From assembly GCA_045863335.1 (NCBI GenBank), contig BTVY01000013.1:1-64000 (forward strand): 64,000 bases of DNA, in the 5' to 3' direction. The stretch is from Candidatus Hydrogenedentota bacterium (GTDB lineage: Bacteria > Hydrogenedentota > Hydrogenedentia > Hydrogenedentales > SLHB01). Below the pieces are notes generated by a model. That model was given only the letters and a program-made list of their open reading frames with translations. It searched no databases and was not told the origin of the DNA. Below, one piece after another: positions 45,712 through 55,409 of the stretch; within the stretch, counting starts at the first letter, position 1; every line of letters starts with the position of its first letter. The translations under genes and the position numbers were made by a program.

Positions 45712-48372
45712 TTGAAACTTGTCATTGTAGAGTCGCCTGCGAAGGCGAAAACCATAGGCCGTTTTCTGGGCAAGGAATACAGGGTAATGGCCAGCTACGG
45801 TCATATCCGCGATCTGCCCAGTTCCGCATCCGAGATCCCCGCAGCCGTGAAGTCCAAACCCTGGGCCCGGCTGGCCGTCGATACGGAGAACGGGTTTACA
45901 CCCGTGTACGTCGTTCCCAAGGAGAGCAGACCCCGTATCGCGGAACTTAAGAAAGCCTTGAAGGAAGCCGACGAAGTCGTGCTCGCCACCGATGAGGACC
46001 GCGAAGGGGAATCCATCAGTTGGCATCTGCTGGAAACGCTCAACCCGAAGGTTCCCGTGAAGCGCATCGCCTTTCACGAGATTACCCAGTCCGCCATCGA
46101 CGAAGCCCTGGCCAGCCCGCGTGAGGTCAACGACGACTTGGTCCGCGCCCAGGAAAGCCGGCGCGTGCTGGATCGCCTGTTCGGATATGAACTCTCGCCG
46201 GTCCTTTGGAAAAAGGTCGCGCCGAAACTCAGCGCCGGGCGGGTGCAAAGTGTGGCGGTACGTTTGGTCGTGGAGCGCGAAGAGGAACGCCGCGCGTTCC
46301 GCGCGTCGGATTACTGGAGCGTCGAGGCTGCGCTCAAAGCCGACGGCATCGAGTTCTCCGCGGGCCTGGTCGAATGGGACGGACGCCGCCCCGCCACGGG
46401 TAAGGATTTCGACGCCGCCACAGGCGCGCTCAAGGACGATCCCAAGACTCAGGCAGACGTGGTGCATCTGACGGAGGCGAACGCCAAGTCCTTGGCGGAC
46501 GCTTTGAAAGCAGGCCTTCCGTGGCGCGTTGCGCGCGTAGAGCAGAAGAAGACGACGCAACGCCCCGCGCCGCCTTTCATCACATCGACGCTGCAGCAAG
46601 CCGCGAGTTCCTTGTTGAATATGTCGCCGCGCAAGACGATGCAAGTTGCGCAGAGTCTGTACGAAGGCGTCGATCTCGGCGGGGGTGAACGCGAAGGCGT
46701 CATCACCTACATGCGTACAGACTCGCTGACGTTGAGCGAAAAGGCCCTCGCGGAAGCGGGCCACTACATCAAGAAGAATTTTGGCGAGGACTACTACACG
46801 GGTCCGCGTCGCTATACGACGAAATCGAAGAATGCGCAGGAAGCGCACGAAGCCATCCGCCCGACCCATGTGGACCGGACGCCGAAACAGATGGACCAGT
46901 ACCTGGACGGCGATCAGTTGGCGCTCTACCGGCTGATCTGGAACCGGACCATGGCCTCTCAGATGGCCGAGGCCGTCTTGTTGAAGACGACCGTTGATTT
47001 CGACGCAACCGCCGCCGGCAAGTCCGTCGTGCTGCGCGCGAACGGCTCTGTGGTCGCTTTTCCCGGCTACCTCCGCGTGGCGGACACGGCACAACGGGAC
47101 ACGGAACTGCCCCACCTCGAGGAAGGCCAGGAGGTCACGGCGCAAGATTCGCCGTCGTCCGGTCCCACGCTGGTCGATATCGCGGCGAACAGTCACCGGA
47201 CCCAGCCGCCGGCCCGGTACACGGAAGCGTCACTGGTACAACGATTGGAGGAAGAAGGCATCGGACGCCCGTCGACCTATGCTCCGACTGTCTCGACCAT
47301 CCAGGCGCGTGGTTACGTGGAACGTCGCGGCAAGGCCTTGGTACCCACGTTCCTCGCGATTGCCGTGATCAAACTGCTTCGTCAACACTTCGAGGAGTAC
47401 GTGGACCTTGGCTTTACGGCGCGGATGGAAGACGCCCTCGACGACATCTCGAACGGCAAACTCAACTGGGTCGACTTCCTCGCCGCCTTCTACCGCGGAG
47501 AAGGCAAGTACGGTCACGGGCTGGTGCAACAAATCGAGCGGGAACTGCCGGGGATGGAGTATCCCACGATCCCCCTGGGCGAAGATCCCGACAGCAAGCT
47601 GCCCATTTTCGTGCGCGTCGGCCGCACCTCACCCTTCATCCAGCGCGGCGAAGGCGGTCCGGAAAACACCGTGACGATTCCGATGGATGTCACCTACGAA
47701 GAACTGACGGTCGACAAAGCGCTGGAACTGCTGAAGCACAAGGAAAAGAGCAACGAAGCCTTGGGCAGCCACCCGGATACGGGAGAACCCATTTTTGCGC
47801 TTCTCGGTCCCTACGGTCCCTACGTGCAATTGGGCGAGAAGACCGAGACAAACAAGAAGCCCAAACGCGCGAGCCTGCCCAAGGGCACGTCGCTGGATCA
47901 GGTCGATCTGAAACTCGCGCTGAAGCTCTTGTCGCTGCCCCGTGAGTTGGGCAAACACCCCGAAAACGGCGAACTGGTGACAACGGCCATCGGCCGTTTC
48001 GGCCCCTTCGTGAAGTGGGGTGACGAGTTCCGCAGTCTCGAAGCGGGCGACGATGTGTACACCATCACGTTCGAGCGCGCGCTGGAACTGCTGGCCCAAC
48101 CCAAGAAGAGCCGTCGCGCCACCAAGAAAGTCATCGCCACGCTCGGTGACGACGCCGATTCCGGCAAGCCCATCGAAGTCTGCGAAGGCCGCTATGGTCC
48201 CTTCGTGACCAACGGCAAGGTCAACGCGTCCCTGCCCAAAGACGCCGACCCCGCGGCGTTCACCCTGGATCAGGCGAAAGACCTCCTCGCCAACGCCGCC
48301 GCCAAGAAACCGGCCAAGCGCAAAGCCAAACCCAAAGCGAAAACGAAGGCAAAGCGGAAGCCGAAGGCCTGA
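45712..48372 (+). CDS. topA: DNA topoisomerase I (type IA) with Topo_C repeats and Lys/Ala-rich tail
   Basis: LVIVESPAKAKTI, ATDEDREGE, SAGRVQS, ITYMRTDS, AQEAHEAIRPT, GIGRPSTYA; G[RP][FY]GP repeats; TTG start. Confidence 0.98.
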   Translation: MKLVIVESPAKAKTIGRFLGKEYRVMASYGHIRDLPSSASEIPAAVKSKPWARLAVDTENGFTPVYVVPKESRPRIAELKKALKEADEVVLATDEDREGESISWHLLETLNPKVPVKRIAFHEITQSAIDEALASPREVNDDLVRAQESRRVLDRLFGYELSPVLWKKVAPKLSAGRVQSVAVRLVVEREEERRAFRASDYWSVEAALKADGIEFSAGLVEWDGRRPATGKDFDAATGALKDDPKTQADVVHLTEANAKSLADALKAGLPWRVARVEQKKTTQRPAPPFITSTLQQAASSLLNMSPRKTMQVAQSLYEGVDLGGGEREGVITYMRTDSLTLSEKALAEAGHYIKKNFGEDYYTGPRRYTTKSKNAQEAHEAIRPTHVDRTPKQMDQYLDGDQLALYRLIWNRTMASQMAEAVLLKTTVDFDATAAGKSVVLRANGSVVAFPGYLRVADTAQRDTELPHLEEGQEVTAQDSPSSGPTLVDIAANSHRTQPPARYTEASLVQRLEEEGIGRPSTYAPTVSTIQARGYVERRGKALVPTFLAIAVIKLLRQHFEEYVDLGFTARMEDALDDISNGKLNWVDFLAAFYRGEGKYGHGLVQQIERELPGMEYPTIPLGEDPDSKLPIFVRVGRTSPFIQRGEGGPENTVTIPMDVTYEELTVDKALELLKHKEKSNEALGSHPDTGEPIFALLGPYGPYVQLGEKTETNKKPKRASLPKGTSLDQVDLKLALKLLSLPRELGKHPENGELVTTAIGRFGPFVKWGDEFRSLEAGDDVYTITFERALELLAQPKKSRRATKKVIATLGDDADSGKPIEVCEGRYGPFVTNGKVNASLPKDADPAAFTLDQAKDLLANAAAKKPAKRKAKPKAKTKAKRKPKA

Positions 48373-48582
48373 CCTTCTGACCTTCAACCGCAATCCGCTG
48401 CTCTTCAGTAAGTCTTAACTGCTACAGAATTCCGTCTTTATCTTTTGCAAGGACGAGGACCCGGTCTCAGTATTTACGTTGATTTCTTTTGCCGCCGCCT
48501 GATTAGATGGATCAGAATCACTCTTCCGGCAACGCCATTCCAGCGACGGAAGCGAGCAGGGGAACGACGGAGTGACCGGCGC

Positions 48583-50181
48583 ATGAATCCACGCCCGACA
48601 ATCTTTATTTCCGCAGTGACTTCGGAACTGAAAGGCGCCAGGGATCTAGTTGCCAAGACACTGGAATTCATGGGATACCAACCGGTCTTTCAGGACATTT
48701 TTGGCACCCAGACAGGAAACCTCTGCGGCGTTCTTCGAGACTTGATAGATCCCTGTGAAGGATTGATTCAACTCGTTGGTTTTCACTATGGCTCAGAGCC
48801 ACCCATGGAGACGGCAGAATTCGGGCGCGTCAGCTACACACAGTATGAAGCCCTCTACGCGCTGCAACAGGGCAAAAAGGTATTCCACTTTGTTGACGTG
48901 ACGCCCGGTTCAGCCGTTGCGGAGCCCGAAGATAAGCGCGAGTTGCAGCAGGCATATCGCGAGCGTATCCGGACCGAAAACAACCCGGACCTATTCCATG
49001 AAGTGGATTTGAAAAGCGACGACGCACTCGCACGCAAAGTTCACGAGATCAAGAATGCTCTGGAGGATCTGCGGCGCAAATACAACAGGTGGTCTTTCTT
49101 TGTCACCGCTTCTCAAACGCTCTTAATCGTCTTTGCGGTTGTGATAGTCGCTATGATCGGCTGGCTCATCTATGAACGGCCATTTAGCGGTGCCCCGATC
49201 ACCGAGCAGGCGGCAAGTTCCGCAATCGTGGACAAAGACTATTCGCGGGCGTTCGACATACTCACTCAACTCTCGGCGGCCGACCCCGCGAACATCGACT
49301 ACCACCGCCGCATTGAAGACTGCGCGCGCCAGGGCCGGCTTGAAAGACCCTTCCTTGAGCACTATCTCGGACTCGTCGATCGGGACCCGAAAAATGCAAT
49401 GTTTCACAACTATCTGGGAAACGCCTATTTGCTCATGGATCCCGACGATACCAGCGGCGCGGCGCGGAAACACTACGAAACAGCACTTTCGCTGAATCCC
49501 GATCTATCTCTGCCGCTCGCAAACCTCGGGATTCTGAAATACCGGGAGGGCAAGACCAGCGACGCCGAACTGATGTTTAAACGTTATCTCGACCGCGAAC
49601 CAACGGACGCGCAGGGCTGGGTCAATCTCGGGCTGTTGTACCTCAACCAAGTGCAGTCCGCCGGGATGAACGCGGAGCTCGTGACGAACGCAGAACAAGC
49701 CCTCCAGAAGGCAATCGACCTCGAACCGGGTTCTTCGTCGGCGTACAAGGGACTGGGACGTCTCTATGCGGCGACCGATCGGAAGCCGGAGGCCCTGGAC
49801 GCATTTCAGCGGTCGCTTGCACTCGATTACGACCAACCCGAGGTGAGGCAGCAAGTCGAGTTACTGGCGTGGGAATCCGAGGGGGACCGAGTGGCCTCGC
49901 CCACGGCGGACGATTTCAGAACACGCGCCGCCGATGCCGCCGACTCCGCAGCACCATACGTTATCATTGCCATGCAGCGGCTGGAACACCGCGATTTCCG
50001 GGCCTTGGAAACGGTCTGCCGGGAGTGGAGCGCGGAACAGCCTGAAAACCCTCTTCCCTGGCGGCTGCTTGGCCGGGCATGCCAGGAGCAAGGACGCGAT
50101 GAGGAGGCGCAACAGCACCTCGCAAACGCGGTTCGCCTTGCGAAGAGGGGAACCGAAACCAAGGGGAAACAGTCGCAATGA
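48583..50181 (+). CDS. DUF4062 domain - coiled coil - TM - TPR protein
   Basis: IFISAVTSEL..R, IQLVGFHYGSEP, SYTQYEALYA..GK; TM LLIVFAVVIVAMIGWLIY; TPRs (HNYLGNAY, WVNLGLLY, YKGLGRLY). Confidence 0.85.
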   Translation: MNPRPTIFISAVTSELKGARDLVAKTLEFMGYQPVFQDIFGTQTGNLCGVLRDLIDPCEGLIQLVGFHYGSEPPMETAEFGRVSYTQYEALYALQQGKKVFHFVDVTPGSAVAEPEDKRELQQAYRERIRTENNPDLFHEVDLKSDDALARKVHEIKNALEDLRRKYNRWSFFVTASQTLLIVFAVVIVAMIGWLIYERPFSGAPITEQAASSAIVDKDYSRAFDILTQLSAADPANIDYHRRIEDCARQGRLERPFLEHYLGLVDRDPKNAMFHNYLGNAYLLMDPDDTSGAARKHYETALSLNPDLSLPLANLGILKYREGKTSDAELMFKRYLDREPTDAQGWVNLGLLYLNQVQSAGMNAELVTNAEQALQKAIDLEPGSSSAYKGLGRLYAATDRKPEALDAFQRSLALDYDQPEVRQQVELLAWESEGDRVASPTADDFRTRAADAADSAAPYVIIAMQRLEHRDFRALETVCREWSAEQPENPLPWRLLGRACQEQGRDEEAQQHLANAVRLAKRGTETKGKQSQ

Positions 50182-53100
50182 GAAAGCACTGCTGCATTGC
50201 CGCGCTCGCGCGGTCAGGGATGCCGGCCATACTGCTACTCCTGAGTTCGCTGGCTTGTCAGAAAGATCAAGAGGAAACCCAAAACGCCGAACTTGCCCAA
50301 CGAGCCTTGGAACTCAATGCGGAGAGTGAACGTCTCGTGGCCGAGGGGGACTTCCGTGGCGCGGTAGTCAAGGCTAAGGCAGCGCTGGTGGCCTATGAGA
50401 AGCTGCCCCAGAGCGAAGAACTACAAGTATTCCAGCGGGAGATCATCGCGGCCCTGGAAGAACTGGTTGTGACCGAGGAGAGTGCCAATCCGCAGAACGA
50501 CAATCGCGTTTCTCCCCTGGACGCGACGCAGGATCTGGTCTCGCTCGAGGCTCAATTTGAGAAGTACAAACGGGATTACCAGAAGCACTTGCAAAGTGGA
50601 GAGTATGAAAAGGCACTGGCGGTCCTGAAGGAGGAACTCGCGTTCTACGAGAAACTCCCCGGAACCGAAGAGCTTCAAGCGCTGCAAAGAAAACAAATCG
50701 AGGCTCTGGAATCTCTGGTCGGAAACGAGCAGAGTCTCGAGCATTTGATCGAAGGCTCTCTTCTTGACTTGAAAAGTGATGCCGCGTCGAAGCGTGTGGC
50801 TGCCATAAAGGCCTTAGTCGTGGCCCACGAGAACGGAATCCTGGGGGAACGTCTGCGTGTAGTTCGGACTACTCTGGAACAACTTGCAATAGACGACCCG
50901 GATCGAGCGGTCAGAGATGCCGCAACTGAGGCCCTGAAGACGTTCAAAACGCAGTCGGTTATCGAAAGCGAATCCCCGCCGGGAACGATCGCCAGTCCGT
51001 CGTCATTCCTCGAGCCAACGCTGCCGGAGCAAGGGAACGCGTTTGCATATCGCTCCCGCCAACTTGTCGCAGAACATCACGAACTTTTGGCCCGAGCTGA
51101 CTACGCGGGCGCGCTGGTGAATCTACAGGACCAACTCGCATTGCTTGAGGAAGCCAATGGGGCCGAACAAGCCCGAAAGTCCCTTCGCGATCGGATTCGC
51201 GCGTGCGAGGGCATCTTGAATCACGATGGCGATCCAACTGTCTCGACCCTGATGCTGCTTGATGGCGAACACAATGCCCTGCTATTGACGGAGGATTACG
51301 AAAAAGCAATCTCCAACCTTCGGCTTCAACTCGAATTGCATGAAAACATGCCGGAGGTTGGCGTATCCGGTCGTTCGGGTCCTGAGGACTTGAAGGCGAG
51401 CCTGACACAAGGCGTGCGCAAGCGAATTCAACTTTATGAAGAGATCGTCGGGGCAGGCAATGGCCACCTATTGAAAGAGCAGGCGGAGTTCGAGATGGCC
51501 GCGGCCGGGATGCCCGCGGCGGAACGGAATAGCTTCGCAGCCAGTCTGCAAGAAGGAAAAGCTCGCGCCGAAGCGGCCATGGATCTTCTCGATCAGTTTG
51601 GCGAGCGCTTGGCCGAAGGAGATCGCCAAGGGTCCTTGCAGGCACTGGACGCGTTGGCGGAGCACGAAACGTCGATGGATCCGGATGGCCCTGGCGCCCA
51701 TGTGGTCGAATTCCTGGTGGATTCTTACGAAGACGCGCGGGCCAACAATTCTGATGTCACGGAAGCCGAGCAGTTGGATTGGGGCACATTGTTGTTTCAG
51801 CAGGCGCAACGGGAGTTACGGAGCGGCGATTATGCACAGGCGCTTGCCGATATCTCGAAAGCGGCTTCTGTGTACGAGCAGTTGGACGGCACCGAAGTAT
51901 TGCAAGCGAAGCTGCAGAGCTTCGCTTCACTCGTATGCCTCGCAACGAACAGGCATGAGGCTGCTCTCGAACATTCCCATCACGCGCTCGCTTTGCTCCG
52001 GGAAGTGAAAGATAGTGGAAACGACCAGGCGGCATGCCTCTATGCGATTGGAAGCGCATTGTCACGCATGGGAAAATATGAAGAGGCGCGCGAACCACTG
52101 GGGCGGGCAATTGCCTTGCACAACGCGGCGGGCGAAACCCGACCGGATTTGCAGTCGACGTACCATATGGCCTTGGGGGACGCTTTGGCTGGCGCTGGAG
52201 AACATCCGGATGCGATTGAGCAATACCTGCAATCGCTAGAACTTTTGCGGGACGGGAAGGGGAGTCCAACATTACAGGCCAATTCCTTGACCCGCATCAG
52301 CGCAGCGCTAAAGGATCTGGGCGCCTACAACAAGGCGCTCGAAGTGCAGATGCGCGCATTGGATCTTCTGGGAACGGCAAGAGAAAACCAATTCGACCGG
52401 GACATCTGCTGGGGGAACATCGGCGATCTTCTGCGGTTGGACAACCGGACCGAGGATGCACTTACCGCCTACCAGAATGTCCAGGAATCGGCGTGGTGGG
52501 TGTCACACGGGCTGGCTCTGACGTACGCTCAGCGTAACGATCCCGGCGACTCGAGAAAGGCGATTGCCCGGCTCCTGGAGGCCGTACGCATGGCCGAGGA
52601 TGCACGTTCTTCCGTTATGGCGACCGAACATCGTGCGGGTGTCTTTCAGGATTACCAGCCTGTTTTTGCCGACTGCGTCGCGTACCTTGCCGCGGCCGGT
52701 AACGATTCAAAACCCCTAGCAGACGAAATGTTCGCCGCGCTGTCGCGCGATGCCAGCCCAGGATCGACCCTATCGGAAGCGGCATTCCACATCGCGGATC
52801 GTGGGAAAGGACGCTCATTGGTGGATGCCATGCGGGAGAAGGCCACGCTGGCATCGGCGAAGCCGGCCACGGCACTACTCGCGGAAGATCAAAGACTCTC
52901 GCAGCGCATCAGCAAACTGAGTTCATTGCGAGAACCGTTGCCCGACGAAGACCAGAATCGTGCCGCGCTTACGCAAGAAATCGAGGCACTCCAGCAGCGG
53001 CGCAACATGATTGAAGTGGAACTGAAGAGAACAGCATTGGGAGACTATGTCGCTCCGGAATTCCGCAGGCCCATGGAGTTCGCCACAGAAATGGAATCGG

Positions 53101-54446
53101 ACCGGGCAGTACTTCAATACTCGGTTGGCGAGAAGGACGGATGGCTGCTGATTCTTACCCGCGACGGAGTTACCGCATACCGCTTAGGCGTGAGTACGCC
53201 CGCCTTGCCGGAATTACTGCCCCGTCAGGAAGCCACGCTCCACCAACTTGCTGAAGCGTGGGTGCAGCGCGCCTCGTCCGTCGGAATAGATGGCCTCGTC
53301 CGCTTGGCCCGCGCCCGCGCGGAACGCTCTGGCAAGGCCGCAGAAGATCAGGCAAACTTCGTCGACGCCGCGCAGGAGAAAGCGATTCTGGAGCAGCTGG
53401 CGAAAGTCGTTCTGCCTGATCCCGCACTTTCGATTCTCCGGAAGAAGAATATCCGGAGACTGCTTATCGTACCTGACGGCGGGTTGCACTACGTACCCTT
53501 TGCAATGTTGCGTCTGAAGAACGCAGAAGGAACAGATTCCCATTATCTTGTGGAAGAGTTCAGCAGTTCCTACGTCCCGGCAATGACTACGCTCGACACG
53601 ATTCGGAACCAGAGCGCCGAGCGCCACCAAAAACGCGCAATGGAAAGACGGGCGCTATTGGCGATCGCCAATCCCGAGTATAGAAGCGACGCACCGCCCT
53701 TGATGGGGGCGTCGGACGACATGATTACGCGGACGCGATCCTTTCGCAACGAGTATTACAAGGGCGGTGGCCTGCAATTGACCAGCCTGCCGGAGACTGA
53801 GCGAGAGGCTGTTCGCATTGCTTCCCTGTTCTCCCCGCCTCAGGAACTACGCGACCCCATTACCGATTTTCCGGAGGGACGAGCAGTCGTTCTGAGCGGT
53901 CGTGCCGCGTCGGAGGAGGCAACAAAACGGCTACTTTCCACATCAGTTGTCGCCAATACCGATGCCACCCCCCGCTGGAAGTACCTCGTGTTCAGCACGC
54001 ACGGACTGGCGGATACGTACAACGGGATGCTGTCGTGCCTCGCGCTATCTTCTCCAGATTCCGATTCAGTGGAAGACGGCTTTTTGCAGGCCCAAGAGGT
54101 GATGGGGTTGGACTTGGACACGGATGTCGTCATGCTTTCCGCGTGCCAGACAGGTCTTGGTCGTTTGCGGGGCGGGGAGGGTCTCGTGGGATTAAGTGCA
54201 GCGTTCTTTTATGCTGGTGCGGAGAGTGTCTGCGCGAGTCTCTGGCAGGTTCCCAGCGGGCCGACGACTCAGTTGGTACCGGAGTTCTTCAAGCATCTTG
54301 AAGACGGAAGCGTTGATCGGGCAGAAGCGCTGCGGCAAGCGCAACTCACCGTTTTGCGCGAGGGTCGTAGCTTGGATGGCGAACCGTCTGACTATTCGTC
54401 CCCATTTTGCTGGGCCGCCTTTATTCTCATTGGTGAGTACCAATGA
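50178..54446 (+). CDS. Exported (probable lipoprotein) HEAT/TPR-CHAT caspase-like protease
   Basis: ILLLLSSLAC signal; HEAT DDPDRAVRDAATEAL; TPRs; KGRSL, IVPDGGLHYVPF, LPETERE, FSTHG and LSACQTG catalytic dyad, SLWQV, PFCWAAF. Confidence 0.92.
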   Translation: MRKHCCIAALARSGMPAILLLLSSLACQKDQEETQNAELAQRALELNAESERLVAEGDFRGAVVKAKAALVAYEKLPQSEELQVFQREIIAALEELVVTEESANPQNDNRVSPLDATQDLVSLEAQFEKYKRDYQKHLQSGEYEKALAVLKEELAFYEKLPGTEELQALQRKQIEALESLVGNEQSLEHLIEGSLLDLKSDAASKRVAAIKALVVAHENGILGERLRVVRTTLEQLAIDDPDRAVRDAATEALKTFKTQSVIESESPPGTIASPSSFLEPTLPEQGNAFAYRSRQLVAEHHELLARADYAGALVNLQDQLALLEEANGAEQARKSLRDRIRACEGILNHDGDPTVSTLMLLDGEHNALLLTEDYEKAISNLRLQLELHENMPEVGVSGRSGPEDLKASLTQGVRKRIQLYEEIVGAGNGHLLKEQAEFEMAAAGMPAAERNSFAASLQEGKARAEAAMDLLDQFGERLAEGDRQGSLQALDALAEHETSMDPDGPGAHVVEFLVDSYEDARANNSDVTEAEQLDWGTLLFQQAQRELRSGDYAQALADISKAASVYEQLDGTEVLQAKLQSFASLVCLATNRHEAALEHSHHALALLREVKDSGNDQAACLYAIGSALSRMGKYEEAREPLGRAIALHNAAGETRPDLQSTYHMALGDALAGAGEHPDAIEQYLQSLELLRDGKGSPTLQANSLTRISAALKDLGAYNKALEVQMRALDLLGTARENQFDRDICWGNIGDLLRLDNRTEDALTAYQNVQESAWWVSHGLALTYAQRNDPGDSRKAIARLLEAVRMAEDARSSVMATEHRAGVFQDYQPVFADCVAYLAAAGNDSKPLADEMFAALSRDASPGSTLSEAAFHIADRGKGRSLVDAMREKATLASAKPATALLAEDQRLSQRISKLSSLREPLPDEDQNRAALTQEIEALQQRRNMIEVELKRTALGDYVAPEFRRPMEFATEMESDRAVLQYSVGEKDGWLLILTRDGVTAYRLGVSTPALPELLPRQEATLHQLAEAWVQRASSVGIDGLVRLARARAERSGKAAEDQANFVDAAQEKAILEQLAKVVLPDPALSILRKKNIRRLLIVPDGGLHYVPFAMLRLKNAEGTDSHYLVEEFSSSYVPAMTTLDTIRNQSAERHQKRAMERRALLAIANPEYRSDAPPLMGASDDMITRTRSFRNEYYKGGGLQLTSLPETEREAVRIASLFSPPQELRDPITDFPEGRAVVLSGRAASEEATKRLLSTSVVANTDATPRWKYLVFSTHGLADTYNGMLSCLALSSPDSDSVEDGFLQAQEVMGLDLDTDVVMLSACQTGLGRLRGGEGLVGLSAAFFYAGAESVCASLWQVPSGPTTQLVPEFFKHLEDGSVDRAEALRQAQLTVLREGRSLDGEPSDYSSPFCWAAFILIGEYQ

Positions 54447-54464
54447 GAACACCATGGGCCGGCC

Positions 54465-55409
54465 TTGCTTATTCATGCAGCGGGCGTTGAAGCAGTGCAG
54501 CAATTCATCAACTACCTTGAAACGGAGCGCGCGTTTTCGGCGCATACGTTGCGCGCGTATTTACTGGACTTGGCGCAGTTCTGCGACTACGTGAACAACG
54601 GGCCCGACGCGTTTGCGCGTGAGACGGAGGAGCGTCCGCCCGCGTCGCTGGAAGCCCTGCGCCGCGCGACGCGGAACGATGTACGCGCATTTCTCGCGCA
54701 CGTGCAGACCGCGGGCGGCACGCCCAAGACTTCCGCGCGCAAGTTGGCAGCCATTCGCGCCGCGTACAAGTTCTACGTGCGCATCGGCGAGTTGGAGGTA
54801 AACCCCGCGCAGACGGTGAAGTCGCCGAAACTGGCCCGCGACTTGCCCGACGTCCTCAGCATCCCTGAAGTCACGGCGTTGCTGGAAGCGCCGAACACGA
54901 CGGAGCCGCTCGGCATCCGCGACCGCGCCATTCTCGAGACGCTCTACTCCAGCGGCATCCGCGCGGCGGAACTGGCGGGCCTGACGTTACGTTCCGTCGA
55001 TCTCGTGAGCGGGCAAACGGTCGTGCTCGGCAAGCGCCGCAAAGAGCGCATCGCTTATCTCGGTTCTTACGCCGTGGACGCAGTGCAGGCCTATCTGCGC
55101 GTCCGCGGATCACTCGGCAATCCGAAGCATGATCGGCTCTTCGTGAACTTTCGCGGGGGACCGCTCACGACGCGCAGCGTGCAACGGGTGGTGGAACAGT
55201 ACGTGCGTCAAGCCTTGCCCACCCGTCGCGCCATTTCGCCCCACACGCTCCGCCACACCTTCGCGACCCACATGCTGAACGGCGGCGCCGACCTCCGCGT
55301 CGTGCAGGAACTACTCGGCCACGAGAGCCTGTCCAGCACGCAGATCTACACGCACGTCAGCATCGACCGCCTCAAAGAGGTCTACCGGGAATCCCACCCC
55401 CACGCGTAG
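54465..55409 (+). CDS. xerC: Tyrosine recombinase XerC
   Basis: SAHTLRAY..DL, ARKLAAIR, LYSSGIRAAEL, GKRRKER, SPHTLRHTFATHML, LLGHESLSSTQIY, HPHA; topA-proximal; start may be 54495. Confidence 0.88.
   Translation: MLIHAAGVEAVQQFINYLETERAFSAHTLRAYLLDLAQFCDYVNNGPDAFARETEERPPASLEALRRATRNDVRAFLAHVQTAGGTPKTSARKLAAIRAAYKFYVRIGELEVNPAQTVKSPKLARDLPDVLSIPEVTALLEAPNTTEPLGIRDRAILETLYSSGIRAAELAGLTLRSVDLVSGQTVVLGKRRKERIAYLGSYAVDAVQAYLRVRGSLGNPKHDRLFVNFRGGPLTTRSVQRVVEQYVRQALPTRRAISPHTLRHTFATHMLNGGADLRVVQELLGHESLSSTQIYTHVSIDRLKEVYRESHPHA

Noticed and set aside
54465-55409. Tyrosine recombinase as an integrase mobilising the DUF4062/CHAT cassette
   Set aside because: Sequence and position fit housekeeping XerC; no att repeats or integron-integrase insertion seen
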